From: Vicinamibacterales bacterium | GTDB taxonomy: Bacteria; Acidobacteriota; Vicinamibacteria; Vicinamibacterales; CAVVIG01 | Direction: 5' to 3' | Assembly (NCBI GenBank): GCA_035693505.1 | Contig: DASSGK010000574.1 | Coordinates: 62-64,061, forward strand | DNA length: 64,000 bases | The notes under the pieces: model-generated | Seen by the model: only the letters and a program-made list of their open reading frames with translations | Database searches by the model: none | Told to the model about the DNA's origin: nothing | Position numbers and translations under genes: made by a program | In this document: one piece after another, positions 54,180-62,959 of the stretch | Layout: the number at the start of each line of letters is the position of its first letter | Numbering within the stretch: the first letter of the stretch is position 1

Positions 54180-55526
54180 CTACTCGGGCAACTCTTCGCC
54201 GCCCGGTTCCGGCAGCCACGCGCTGGCGGCGAGTGCGACGACGAGAACACTCACCCCCACTGCGCCGGCCGCCGATGCGAGTTGCGTTGTTGCGGAGACG
54301 CCGGGCATCACGCCGGCAAGTTCCGCGGTGACCAGCGCGCCGCCGGTCCCGATCATCCGTCCACCGATGTTCGCGGCGAAGCTCTCCCCCGTGCCGCGCA
54401 AGTACGTCGGGTACATTCGCGGAAGATAATTTCCCCAGAAACTGAACTGCGCGACCGTCACGAATCCGGCGGCGAATGTGCCGAGCTCGAGCAGGCTGAG
54501 GCCGCGTGCAGGGGCGAAGAAAAACACGAGCGGCACGACGATGACGCTGGGCAGGAGGAACAGCTGAATCAGCCGGCGGCGGCTCACGATGCGGACCGCG
54601 AGCATCGCGAGAGCTATGCGGCCGGCCAGCCCGCCGAACTCCTGAAGCAGCTGCACGGCACCGACGGTCTGTTCCCGCGCTGTCCTGGACATCGCCTGCA
54701 CTTCGGCGAGGCCCGGCACGATTCGAGGCACCTGAAGGTTCGCACCGAACGACGCGGCATACCCGCAGGCGACCATCAAGGTGGCCACGATGGTGGTGCG
54801 CCGGAACCGCGGGTGAAACAACTGGACGACGCTCGGGCGCCGCAGCGTGCCGGCGTTGCGCTTCTCGATCCACATCGGAGATTCGGGCAGGAACGGCCGC
54901 GCGAGCATCAGCGGAATGGCCGGAACGATGCCGGAGATGAGCATGTAGCGCCACGGCTCATGGCCGCCTCGGACCTCCGGTAGAGAGGCAGCGAACGTCA
55001 CGATCCCGTAGTACGCGGCGCTGACCATCAAGCCGCCGAGCGACGCACACGCCTGGGTGTAGCCGAGCACGCGTTCCCGATCGACGGGATCAGGAAAGAG
55101 CTCGGCCAGCCAGGCGACCGCCGCGACGAACTCGACGCACACGCCGACGAAGGTCGCGCATCGGCAGATCAGCCACACGCCGGCTGAGGACGCGTACGCC
55201 GCCCCGCAGGCGGAGACGCCGTACAGCAGGATGCTCCACACGAGTACGCGCCGGCGGCCGAGCCGATCGGTCAGGTACCCGCCGAGCATCCCGAAGATGC
55301 CGCCGGCGATGGCGGGCACGTAGAACATGACGCCGACCCAGGTGTTGAACTCGGGGCTGTCGGGCCGCGCCGCAATCAACTGCGTCAGCGCCGGCCGGAC
55401 GATGAGCGGCAGCATCAGGAGCTCGTAGGTGTCGAACGCGAATCCGATCGCGGCGATGACGCAGATCGCCCACTGCACTGTCGTCAGTCGCGTCGTTCGC
55501 GCAGCCGGCGCGGACACGGTCTTCAC
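54180..55526 (-). CDS. MFS transporter
   Basis: 'GGYLTDRLGRRRVL' is the MFS loop 2-3 motif. About 12 hydrophobic segments. Confidence 0.88.
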   Translation of the reverse strand: MKTVSAPAARTTRLTTVQWAICVIAAIGFAFDTYELLMLPLIVRPALTQLIAARPDSPEFNTWVGVMFYVPAIAGGIFGMLGGYLTDRLGRRRVLVWSILLYGVSACGAAYASSAGVWLICRCATFVGVCVEFVAAVAWLAELFPDPVDRERVLGYTQACASLGGLMVSAAYYGIVTFAASLPEVRGGHEPWRYMLISGIVPAIPLMLARPFLPESPMWIEKRNAGTLRRPSVVQLFHPRFRRTTIVATLMVACGYAASFGANLQVPRIVPGLAEVQAMSRTAREQTVGAVQLLQEFGGLAGRIALAMLAVRIVSRRRLIQLFLLPSVIVVPLVFFFAPARGLSLLELGTFAAGFVTVAQFSFWGNYLPRMYPTYLRGTGESFAANIGGRMIGTGGALVTAELAGVMPGVSATTQLASAAGAVGVSVLVVALAASAWLPEPGGEELPE

Positions 55527-55625
55527 GGCAGCCTGCTCATGACGCGCGGATTATTGCACGGTGTCGCTCGCGACGCCGGGTGACCGGGTAACATAGCGGC
55601 GCGATTCACCAGGAGGAGCATCTGC

Positions 55626-56636
55626 ATGCGCAAGCTGGACGTGTTCAATCACTTCTTTCCGGAGCGGTATTTCGAAAAAATGATCGAGATTGCCCCGAAG
55701 CACAAGGACATGGGGAAGCGGATCAGGAATATCGCGGCACTCCACGATCTCGATGCGCGCTTCAGGGTGATGGATCGGTTCGACGACTATCAGCAGATTC
55801 TGTCGATGCCTTCTCCTCCCGTCGAAGGATTCGCCGGTCCGCGTGAAGCGTCTGATCTGACGCGGATCGGCAACGACGGATTCGCAGACCTCGTCCGTCG
55901 ATACCCCGACCGCTTTCCGGGCTTCGTGGCGTCGATCGCTCTCAACGATCCCGACGCAGCGTTCGCGGAGGCGCGCCGGGCGATCTCGGAGCTCGGCGCA
56001 TGCGGCGTGCAGGTGTTCACCAACGTGAACGGCGCGCCGCTCACCTCGCCGGAGTTCCTGCCCCTGTTCGACCTGATGGCCGAGTACGACCGGCCGATAT
56101 GGCTGCATCCGGCGCGCGGTTCGGACTTCGCGGACTACCGGACAGAGACGTCTTCGCAGTTCGAGATCTGGTGGACGCTCGGATGGCAGTACGAAACGAG
56201 CGTGACGATGGCTCGCATCGTTTTCGCGGGGTTGTTCGACAGGCATCCCGGTCTGAAAATCATCACGCACCACATGGGCGGCATGATTCCATACTTCGAA
56301 GGCCGGGTCGGCCATGGGTGGGACCAGTTGGGAACCCGCACGTCGGATGTCGACTACACGACCGTGCTCAAGACGCTACAGCGGCGGCCACTCGATTACT
56401 TCCGGCTGTTCTACGCCGACACAGCGCTCTTCGGCGCCGAAGCCGCGACCACGTGCGGGTTGAGCTTCTTCAAAGCGGGCCACGTGCTCTTTTCGTCCGA
56501 CACGCCGTTCGAACCAGAGCCGGGCGTGTATATCCGCGAGACGATCGACATCATCGATCGGCTGGAGATAACGGACGAAGTGCGTGCGCAAATTTATGCG
56601 GACAACGCCCTGGCGCTGCTGAAGCTGCCACGCTGA
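55626..56636 (+). CDS. Amidohydrolase-2 (ACMSD-like decarboxylase/hydrolase) family protein
   Basis: 'KLDVFNHFFPERYF', 'IWLHPARG' and 'IITHHMGGMIPY...FSSDTPF' fit the PF04909 pattern. Confidence 0.85.
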   Translation: MRKLDVFNHFFPERYFEKMIEIAPKHKDMGKRIRNIAALHDLDARFRVMDRFDDYQQILSMPSPPVEGFAGPREASDLTRIGNDGFADLVRRYPDRFPGFVASIALNDPDAAFAEARRAISELGACGVQVFTNVNGAPLTSPEFLPLFDLMAEYDRPIWLHPARGSDFADYRTETSSQFEIWWTLGWQYETSVTMARIVFAGLFDRHPGLKIITHHMGGMIPYFEGRVGHGWDQLGTRTSDVDYTTVLKTLQRRPLDYFRLFYADTALFGAEAATTCGLSFFKAGHVLFSSDTPFEPEPGVYIRETIDIIDRLEITDEVRAQIYADNALALLKLPR

Positions 56637-56668
56637 GGCCAACCTGGCTTCGAGGCCGCGAGATCGGC

Positions 56669-58108
56669 CTACCGATTGTGCAAGTCCCGAAGGAATGGCT
56701 TCGGGATCGGTTGACCGGTGAGCGTTTTCAGGAACTCTTTCAGCTGCGCCTTTTCGTGAGCTGAAAGGTGCAATGGCCGGATCTCCTTCGGTCCGCCGAG
56801 AAACGAGCCAACAGGATCCCCGCCCCGATCGTAGAACTCGAGGACATCATCGAGCGTCGCGGCCTGGCCGTCGCGGAAATAGGGAGCGGTCTCCGCGACC
56901 TGCCGAAGACCCTTCGTGCGCCACAAACCCGGTGGAATGGTCTGGCTGCAGAAATCGCCGTCTCGCTTCGTGCCGGGGTCGTCGCTGAAGTGACCGTTGA
57001 CGTTGAAGTCGCCGTCGGCGATCGTCGGATCGCAGATCAGCGCTTGATTGGCGGCGCGTCCCTTTTCGGTGGGATCGGCGTGGGGTGAGAGGTTCTGATT
57101 GATCTGCAGGCCGATGACATGGAAGTCGTCGTCCGACAACAGCGGCGTATTGTGGCAGCCGACGCAGCCCGCCTTGCCGACGAAAAGCTTGAGCCCCTGT
57201 TTCGCTTCATGGTTGATGGCGTCCCGATCGCCCGCCACAAAACGATCGAACGGAGCATCGCGGCTCACCAGCTTGCGGAGATAGGCTTCGATCGCCTTGC
57301 CGTAGTTCACGAGGACGCGATTGACGATTTCTTTGTCGGCGGCACTGACACTGGTCCAGTTCGCGACGTCGGTGTAAGGCGAGCCCGTCGCTGGAAATCG
57401 GCTGTGGTCCGCCAGCGCGGGATCGAGCGGCCAGTCAGGAAACGCGTTGTTGTAGTCGGCTCGATAGTGCTCGAAGATCACGTGCGCGAGCTGCAGCCGG
57501 CTGCCATTCTGGACGGGCGGCCCCTCCGGTTCGCTCTGGGCATCGAACCACTCCGAGTCCGAGAAGCCGTCGTTCTCCCGCCAATGCGCTCGTGATCCAG
57601 GGTGGACATAGAAGACCGTGTTGACGATGCTGCTGACGTTGCGCGTCATCCACAGCGACCCCAGCGCCGTCGCATTCGGTATGGCGCCTCCATTGTTCGA
57701 CCGTATGTCGAACAGCCACTTCGACTCCGGCATATGACAATTGCGGCAGGCGATCTTCTGCGTCTCTCCGATCGCGCCCAACTGGCCTTCCTCGGGCGTA
57801 CCCGTTTGAATCGGACCCGACAACCGCGGTTCGAAAAAGAGCTTTTGTCCAAGGAGCGCCGCGGCGGCGGAGTCCCGATACTTGTTCGTCGGATCGGCAG
57901 GCAGCGCCGGCAAGGGTGAAAGGGTCTTGATGATCGCCCATTCCTGGCTGGTCAAGCCGTCGGGATCGGCGTGCGAGGATCGGTCCGTCTGCGAGCGGGA
58001 GGCGCCAGCCACCTTGACGTAACTAAGCGATCCCACCGTGATCGATAGAAGCCCGACCAATACGGCGGCATAGAATCTTGCGTTCCTCGTCACCAAATCC
58101 TTCGCCAC
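56669..58108 (-). CDS. Di-haem cytochrome c peroxidase / MauG-family protein
   Basis: Two CxxCH motifs ('CRNCHM', 'CVGCHN'). 'APYFRDGQAATLDDVLEFY' is typical of the CCP/MauG C-terminus. Confidence 0.88.
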   Translation of the reverse strand: MAKDLVTRNARFYAAVLVGLLSITVGSLSYVKVAGASRSQTDRSSHADPDGLTSQEWAIIKTLSPLPALPADPTNKYRDSAAAALLGQKLFFEPRLSGPIQTGTPEEGQLGAIGETQKIACRNCHMPESKWLFDIRSNNGGAIPNATALGSLWMTRNVSSIVNTVFYVHPGSRAHWRENDGFSDSEWFDAQSEPEGPPVQNGSRLQLAHVIFEHYRADYNNAFPDWPLDPALADHSRFPATGSPYTDVANWTSVSAADKEIVNRVLVNYGKAIEAYLRKLVSRDAPFDRFVAGDRDAINHEAKQGLKLFVGKAGCVGCHNTPLLSDDDFHVIGLQINQNLSPHADPTEKGRAANQALICDPTIADGDFNVNGHFSDDPGTKRDGDFCSQTIPPGLWRTKGLRQVAETAPYFRDGQAATLDDVLEFYDRGGDPVGSFLGGPKEIRPLHLSAHEKAQLKEFLKTLTGQPIPKPFLRDLHNR

Positions 58109-58153
58109 GGTTCACCTCTCGAGATCCGGTCTTTGTCGACCGACCACATGATG

Positions 58154-59761
58154 CTACGGCTCCTTCGGCAACGCGAACGCGAAGAGCGCATCGCCCGCTG
58201 CGATGGCGACATACTGGCGGCGGTCCACCGAGAAGCTCACCGCGGCGGTGTTGATCGACGCGCCGAGCTGGATGTGCCAGAGATCTTTCCCGGTCTCGGC
58301 GTCCAGTGCGATGAAGTTCCCCTGTCCGTCGCCGGAGAACACGAGGCCGCCGGCCGTCGAGAAGACACCCGCCCAGGCGTCGGCGTGCTCGCGGAACTCC
58401 CACCGCACGTTCCCGGTCTTCGGATCCACGGCACGGATCGCGCTCTCCTGTCGCTCTTCGGGCAGCGGGAAGAACGCGCTGCCGATGAACAGCCGCCCCG
58501 GCTGGTACGGCGGCTCGAGCTTCTCGTCCGACATGAACGAGTCGCACTGCTCGTAGCTGAAGAAGTAGACGAGGTGCGTGCGCGGACTGTAGGACGGTGA
58601 GTGCCAGTTGGTGCCGCCGGTGCCGCTCGGACATACGCGATTGCCTTCCGCGGTCGGCTCGGTGTTGGGCAGGACCACGGGCCGGCCGTTGCCGTCGATC
58701 TCCTTCGCCCAGGTGACTTGCGTGTACGGCCTGCCGAGCAGGAAGGCGCCCGTGACGCGATCGAGCACGTAGAAGAATCCGTTCCGGTTGGCGACGGCGA
58801 CGAGCTTGCGCGGCTGGCCGGCAATCGTGTCGTCGAACAGGATCGGCGTGTGCGTCGAATCCCAGTCGTGGACGTCGTGCGGCGTGAACTGGAAATGCCA
58901 CTTCATCGTGCCGGTGTCGGGATCGATCGCGAGCAGTGAGTCCGAGTAGAGGTTGTCGCCGAGACGATTCGCGCCGTACATCTGCGGTCCAGGGTTGCCG
59001 GTGCCCCAGTAGATCAGGTTGAGCGTCGGATCGTACGAGCCGGTGACCCAGGTCGGCGCGCCGCCGCGCTTCCACGAGTCACCCTTCCAGGTGTCGTTGC
59101 CTTTCTCGCCCTCGCCGGGAATCGTGTACAGCCGCCACGCGCGGGTTCCCGTGTCCGCCTCGTAGGCGTCGATGAAGCCGCGCACGCCGTACTCGCCGCC
59201 GGCGACGCCGACGATGATCCGGTTTTTCACGACGAGCGGCGCGCCGGTGAAGCTGTAGCCCTTGTCGGCGTCCGCCGCGGCGACGTCCCAGCGCACGCGC
59301 CCCGTCTTCGCGTCGAGGCTCACGACGTGCGCGTCGAGCGTGCCCATGAACAGGCGGTCGCCGAGCGCGGCGAAGCCGCGGTTCTGCGGGCCGCAGCAGA
59401 GCGACATCTCTTTCGGCAGCGTCCGCTGGTAGTGCCAAAGCGGACGGCCGGTGCGCGTGTCCACCGCATACGCGTGGTTCTGCGGCGTCGTCAGGTACAT
59501 GATGCCGTCGATCACCAGCGGCGTCGTCTCGTGGCGGCCGCGCACGCCGGTCTGAAACACCCACTGCAGCGAGAGACGCTGCACGTTCGTGCGGTTGATC
59601 TGATCGAGCGGCGAGAACCGGCTGCCGTCGTAGGCGCCCGAATACATCATCCACTGCTGCGGCTCGGACGCGGCGTTGGCCAGGCGCTCCGTCGTGATTT
59701 GCGCCGAGAGCGACGCCGTCGCGAGGCCGAGCACGAGAAGGACACCGATGTGTGTTCTCAT
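58154..59761 (-). CDS. PQQ-dependent alcohol dehydrogenase, methanol/ethanol family (cassette 2)
   Basis: Start at 'MRTHIGVLLVLGLATASLSAQ', with an ATGA overlap with the upstream cytochrome stop. 'LCCG', 'GGEYGVRG', 'YWGTGNPGP' and 'HDVHDWD' (Asp codons at 58865..58867 and 58859..58861). Confidence 0.92.
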   Translation of the reverse strand: MRTHIGVLLVLGLATASLSAQITTERLANAASEPQQWMMYSGAYDGSRFSPLDQINRTNVQRLSLQWVFQTGVRGRHETTPLVIDGIMYLTTPQNHAYAVDTRTGRPLWHYQRTLPKEMSLCCGPQNRGFAALGDRLFMGTLDAHVVSLDAKTGRVRWDVAAADADKGYSFTGAPLVVKNRIIVGVAGGEYGVRGFIDAYEADTGTRAWRLYTIPGEGEKGNDTWKGDSWKRGGAPTWVTGSYDPTLNLIYWGTGNPGPQMYGANRLGDNLYSDSLLAIDPDTGTMKWHFQFTPHDVHDWDSTHTPILFDDTIAGQPRKLVAVANRNGFFYVLDRVTGAFLLGRPYTQVTWAKEIDGNGRPVVLPNTEPTAEGNRVCPSGTGGTNWHSPSYSPRTHLVYFFSYEQCDSFMSDEKLEPPYQPGRLFIGSAFFPLPEERQESAIRAVDPKTGNVRWEFREHADAWAGVFSTAGGLVFSGDGQGNFIALDAETGKDLWHIQLGASINTAAVSFSVDRRQYVAIAAGDALFAFALPKEP

Positions 59762-60624
59762 TGTGAGCCATCCTTCCGGGCCGTTGCGGTGGATCGCAGC
59801 GTCTGCAGGTACGCGACAAGATTGTCGAGATCGGCATCGGGCAACCGGCTCGCGTCGTAGGCCGGCATCAGCGATCGGTTCTCGTGCTTGAAGCTTTTGA
59901 GCGTTTTCTTGTCGAGGCTGTGGACGCGCTCGCTCATGTCCATCAGTTGCACCGTAAAGGTGTCCTCGTTCATCGGCACGCCGACGATCGTCTGTCCGTC
60001 GCTCGTGACCGCGGTGACGGTGTCGTACTTCAAGGAGTCGCTGCCAAGCGAGCGAATCTCGGTGAGCTGCTTTGCCGGCTGACGGATCGAGTCGACCAGG
60101 TACGCGCGCGATCGCGCCGAGCCGACGGTCGTGAGCTCCGGTCCCAGCCGCCCGCCGCGGCCGCTGACGATGTGGCAGGTCGAGCAGCGGGCGGTGCTGA
60201 AGAACAGCGTCTCGCCGCGCGCCCGATCGCCAACCGGCGCCGCCGGCGGCTGCTGCACCGTGCGCAGATACGAGACGATCTGCCAGATTTCCTCGGTCTT
60301 GAGGTTGTTCGGCGGCATCGCCGTCCCGGCCACGCCGTCGGTGATCGTGCGCCTCAGATCGGCGTCGCTGCCGCCGTGATTCCACGTTCCGGTCGTGAGA
60401 TCGGGACCGCGCATTCCGCCGCGGCCGCCGACGCCGTGGCAGTAGACGCACTCCTGGCGGAACAGCACCGCGCCTTTCGTGATCGCCTGGGGATCACCGG
60501 AGAGCGGATTGCGCGATTGATCGGCCGGAGGCGGCGAGGGGACTTGTGCCGCCAGCTGAAGGGTGACGCCGCCGAGCAATGCGGCGGCCAGTGTGGCCCG
60601 CATCCAGAACACGCCCATGCGCAT
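59758..60624 (-). CDS. Di-haem c-type cytochrome (cassette 2)
   Basis: Start at 'MRMGVFWMRATLAAALLGG'. 'CVYCHG' and 'CSTCHI'. Collinear with 22281..23114 ('SLMPAYD...LVAYLQTLR' versus 'SLMPVYG...LLRYLTSLR'). Confidence 0.85.
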   Translation of the reverse strand: MRMGVFWMRATLAAALLGGVTLQLAAQVPSPPPADQSRNPLSGDPQAITKGAVLFRQECVYCHGVGGRGGMRGPDLTTGTWNHGGSDADLRRTITDGVAGTAMPPNNLKTEEIWQIVSYLRTVQQPPAAPVGDRARGETLFFSTARCSTCHIVSGRGGRLGPELTTVGSARSRAYLVDSIRQPAKQLTEIRSLGSDSLKYDTVTAVTSDGQTIVGVPMNEDTFTVQLMDMSERVHSLDKKTLKSFKHENRSLMPAYDASRLPDADLDNLVAYLQTLRSTATARKDGSQ

Positions 60625-60672
60625 GGCACACCTGCCTGAAAGTGTTGAGTCCGAGCAGCGACGACTCATTGT

Positions 60673-62727
60673 ATGGTATTCCCCGTGAAGCGCATCATCT
60701 TCGCGGCGGCATGCCTGGGCGTCTGTTTCATCGCGCGCCTTGCCGGACAGTCCGGCGCGCGCAACGGCGAGTGGCGCAATTACGGCGGTGACACCGGTCA
60801 CACGCGTTACGCGCCTCTCGATCAGATCAACGCCTCGAACTTCAACACGCTCGAGATCGCGTGGCGGTTCAAGACCGACAGCCTCGGGCCGCGTCCTGAA
60901 TTCCAGTTCGAGTCGACGCCGCTGATGGTCAAGGGCGTCGTCTATTCGACCGGCGGATCGCGGCGCGCCGTCGTGGCGCTCGACGCCGCGACCGGCGAGA
61001 TGCTGTGGATGCACAGCGAGAACGAAGGCGCGCGCGGCGCGGCGGCGCCGCGCCAGTTGTCCGGGCGCGGGCTCGCCTATTGGTCCGACGGCGCGTCCGA
61101 CGATCGCATCCTCTACGTGACGCCGGGGTACCGGTTGGTCGCGCTGAACGCGCGCACCGGCGTGCCGGTCGCCTCGTTTGGTGAGAAGGGCGTCGTCGAT
61201 CTCAAGAAAGACGACGATCAGGAGATGGATCTCGTCACCGGCGAGATCGGCCTGCACTCGACGCCCACCGTTGCGCGGAACGTCGTGATCATCGGCGCCG
61301 CGCACAAGACCGGCGGCAACCCGAAGAGCCGGCGCAACGAGAAGGGATACGTCCGCGGGTTCGATGTCCGCACCGGCAAGCGGCTCTGGATCTTCCACAC
61401 GATTCCGCTCGCCGGCGAGTTCGGGCGCGACACGTGGGAAAAGGATTCGGCCTCCTACACCGGCAACACCGGCGTGTGGGGGCAGATCTCGGCGGACGAA
61501 GAGCTCGGCCTCGTCTACCTGCCGGTCGAACTGCCGACCGGCGACTACTACGGCGGTCATCGTCCCGGCAACGGACTGTTCGGCGAGAGCCTCGTCGCCG
61601 TCGATCTGCAGACCGGCAAGCGCCGCTGGCACTATCAACTGGTGCATCACGGGATCTGGGACTTCGACATCCCGTGTGCGCCGATCCTCGTCGACATCAC
61701 GGTGAACGGCCGCACGGTGAAGGCGGTCGCCCAGCCGACGAAGCAGGCGTGGCTCTACGTGTTCAACCGTGAGACCGGCGAGCCGATCTGGCCGATCGAG
61801 GAGCGCCCGGTCGCGAAAGGCGATGTGCCGGGCGAGTGGTACGCGCCGACGCAGCCGTTTCCGACCAAACCGCCGGCGTACGATCGGCAGGGCGTGTCGA
61901 TCGACGATCTGATCGACTTCACGCCGGAACTTCGCGCCGAAGCGACGAAGACAGTGGAGCGCTACAAGATCGGGCCGATCTTCACGCCGCCGGTCGTCAG
62001 CCAGCTGCCTGGTCCGCTGGCGACGCTCACCTCCGGCTTTGCGACCAACTGGCCAGGCGGCTCGTACGATCCGGAGACGCACATCGCGTACATCTATTCG
62101 CAGAGCGGTGCGAGCCCGCTCGGACTGGTCGCGCCACCCGCCGATCTGTCGGACATGAATTTCATTCAGGGCAGCGCGCTCACGGGCGCGCGCCGAACGG
62201 GCGGATCCGGATCGGCGGCCGGCGGCGGCCGTACCGGCGAGGACGCCCCTGCGGCAGCGGCCCCGGCTGCGCCCGCCGGCGGCGAAGGCGGCGGTGGACT
62301 CACCGTTCGCGGACTGCCTTTACTGAAACCGCCCTACGCGCGCATCAGCGCTATCGATTTGAACAAGGGCGACATCCTCTGGCAGATCGCGCACGGCGAG
62401 ACCGCGGACAACGTCCGCAACAACCCGTCGCTGAAGGGGCTGACCATTCCGCGAACCGGCCGCCCGGGATTGATCGGTCCGCTCGTGACCAAGACGCTCC
62501 TCATCGCCGGCGAAGGCGGTGTGTTCACGACGCCGTCCGGTGCACGCGGCGCGATGCTCCGGGCGTACGACAAGCGTGACGGGAAGGACGCCGGCGCCGT
62601 GTACATGCCGGCGCCCGAAAGCGGATCGCCGATGACCTACATGCACAACGGCAAGCAGTACATCGTCATCGCGATCAGCGGCGGAAACTACAGCGGCGAG
62701 TTATTGGCGTTCCGTTTACCAGGCTGA
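60673..62727 (+). CDS. PQQ-dependent dehydrogenase, glucose/quinate-type soluble form
   Basis: Signal peptide. 'WRNYGGDTGHTRYAPLDQI' and 'HHGIWDFDIPCAPILVD'. No vicinal Cys pair. C-terminal 'YMHNGKQYIVIA'. Confidence 0.9.
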   Translation: MVFPVKRIIFAAACLGVCFIARLAGQSGARNGEWRNYGGDTGHTRYAPLDQINASNFNTLEIAWRFKTDSLGPRPEFQFESTPLMVKGVVYSTGGSRRAVVALDAATGEMLWMHSENEGARGAAAPRQLSGRGLAYWSDGASDDRILYVTPGYRLVALNARTGVPVASFGEKGVVDLKKDDDQEMDLVTGEIGLHSTPTVARNVVIIGAAHKTGGNPKSRRNEKGYVRGFDVRTGKRLWIFHTIPLAGEFGRDTWEKDSASYTGNTGVWGQISADEELGLVYLPVELPTGDYYGGHRPGNGLFGESLVAVDLQTGKRRWHYQLVHHGIWDFDIPCAPILVDITVNGRTVKAVAQPTKQAWLYVFNRETGEPIWPIEERPVAKGDVPGEWYAPTQPFPTKPPAYDRQGVSIDDLIDFTPELRAEATKTVERYKIGPIFTPPVVSQLPGPLATLTSGFATNWPGGSYDPETHIAYIYSQSGASPLGLVAPPADLSDMNFIQGSALTGARRTGGSGSAAGGGRTGEDAPAAAAPAAPAGGEGGGGLTVRGLPLLKPPYARISAIDLNKGDILWQIAHGETADNVRNNPSLKGLTIPRTGRPGLIGPLVTKTLLIAGEGGVFTTPSGARGAMLRAYDKRDGKDAGAVYMPAPESGSPMTYMHNGKQYIVIAISGGNYSGELLAFRLPG

Positions 62728-62959
62728 CGGAACTGCGCACCGCGCACTGGATCGCGTTCATCGGGAATGCGGCTGGTGTGCTCGGCGCGATGCTGGCCAC
62801 GCTACTCACGATCCAGGGCGCCCGCGCCGCCGTCAGAATCGCCTGGAGTCATCGCGTAAGGAATTCCTTCGGATTGGTCCGTCGAATCATCCAGGAGTGG
62901 GGGATGAGCATGCCGCTCGGCAGCTGAAAGGCGTCCGAGCGCGCGGAAGGAGGGCGGCT

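Noticed and set aside
54085-54954. N-terminal 290 aa of track ORF 52621..54954
   Set aside because: This part overlaps the MFS transporter gene (54180..55526) in another frame and is Arg-rich nonsense. Coherent sequence and an RBS begin at ATG 54084.
60625-62082. N-terminal 486 aa of track ORF 59758..62082; likewise the upstream parts of 58154..60451 and 42335..44473
   Set aside because: These extensions run antisense or out of frame through well-supported genes. Signal peptides and paralogue alignment place the real starts at 60624, 59761 and about 44074.
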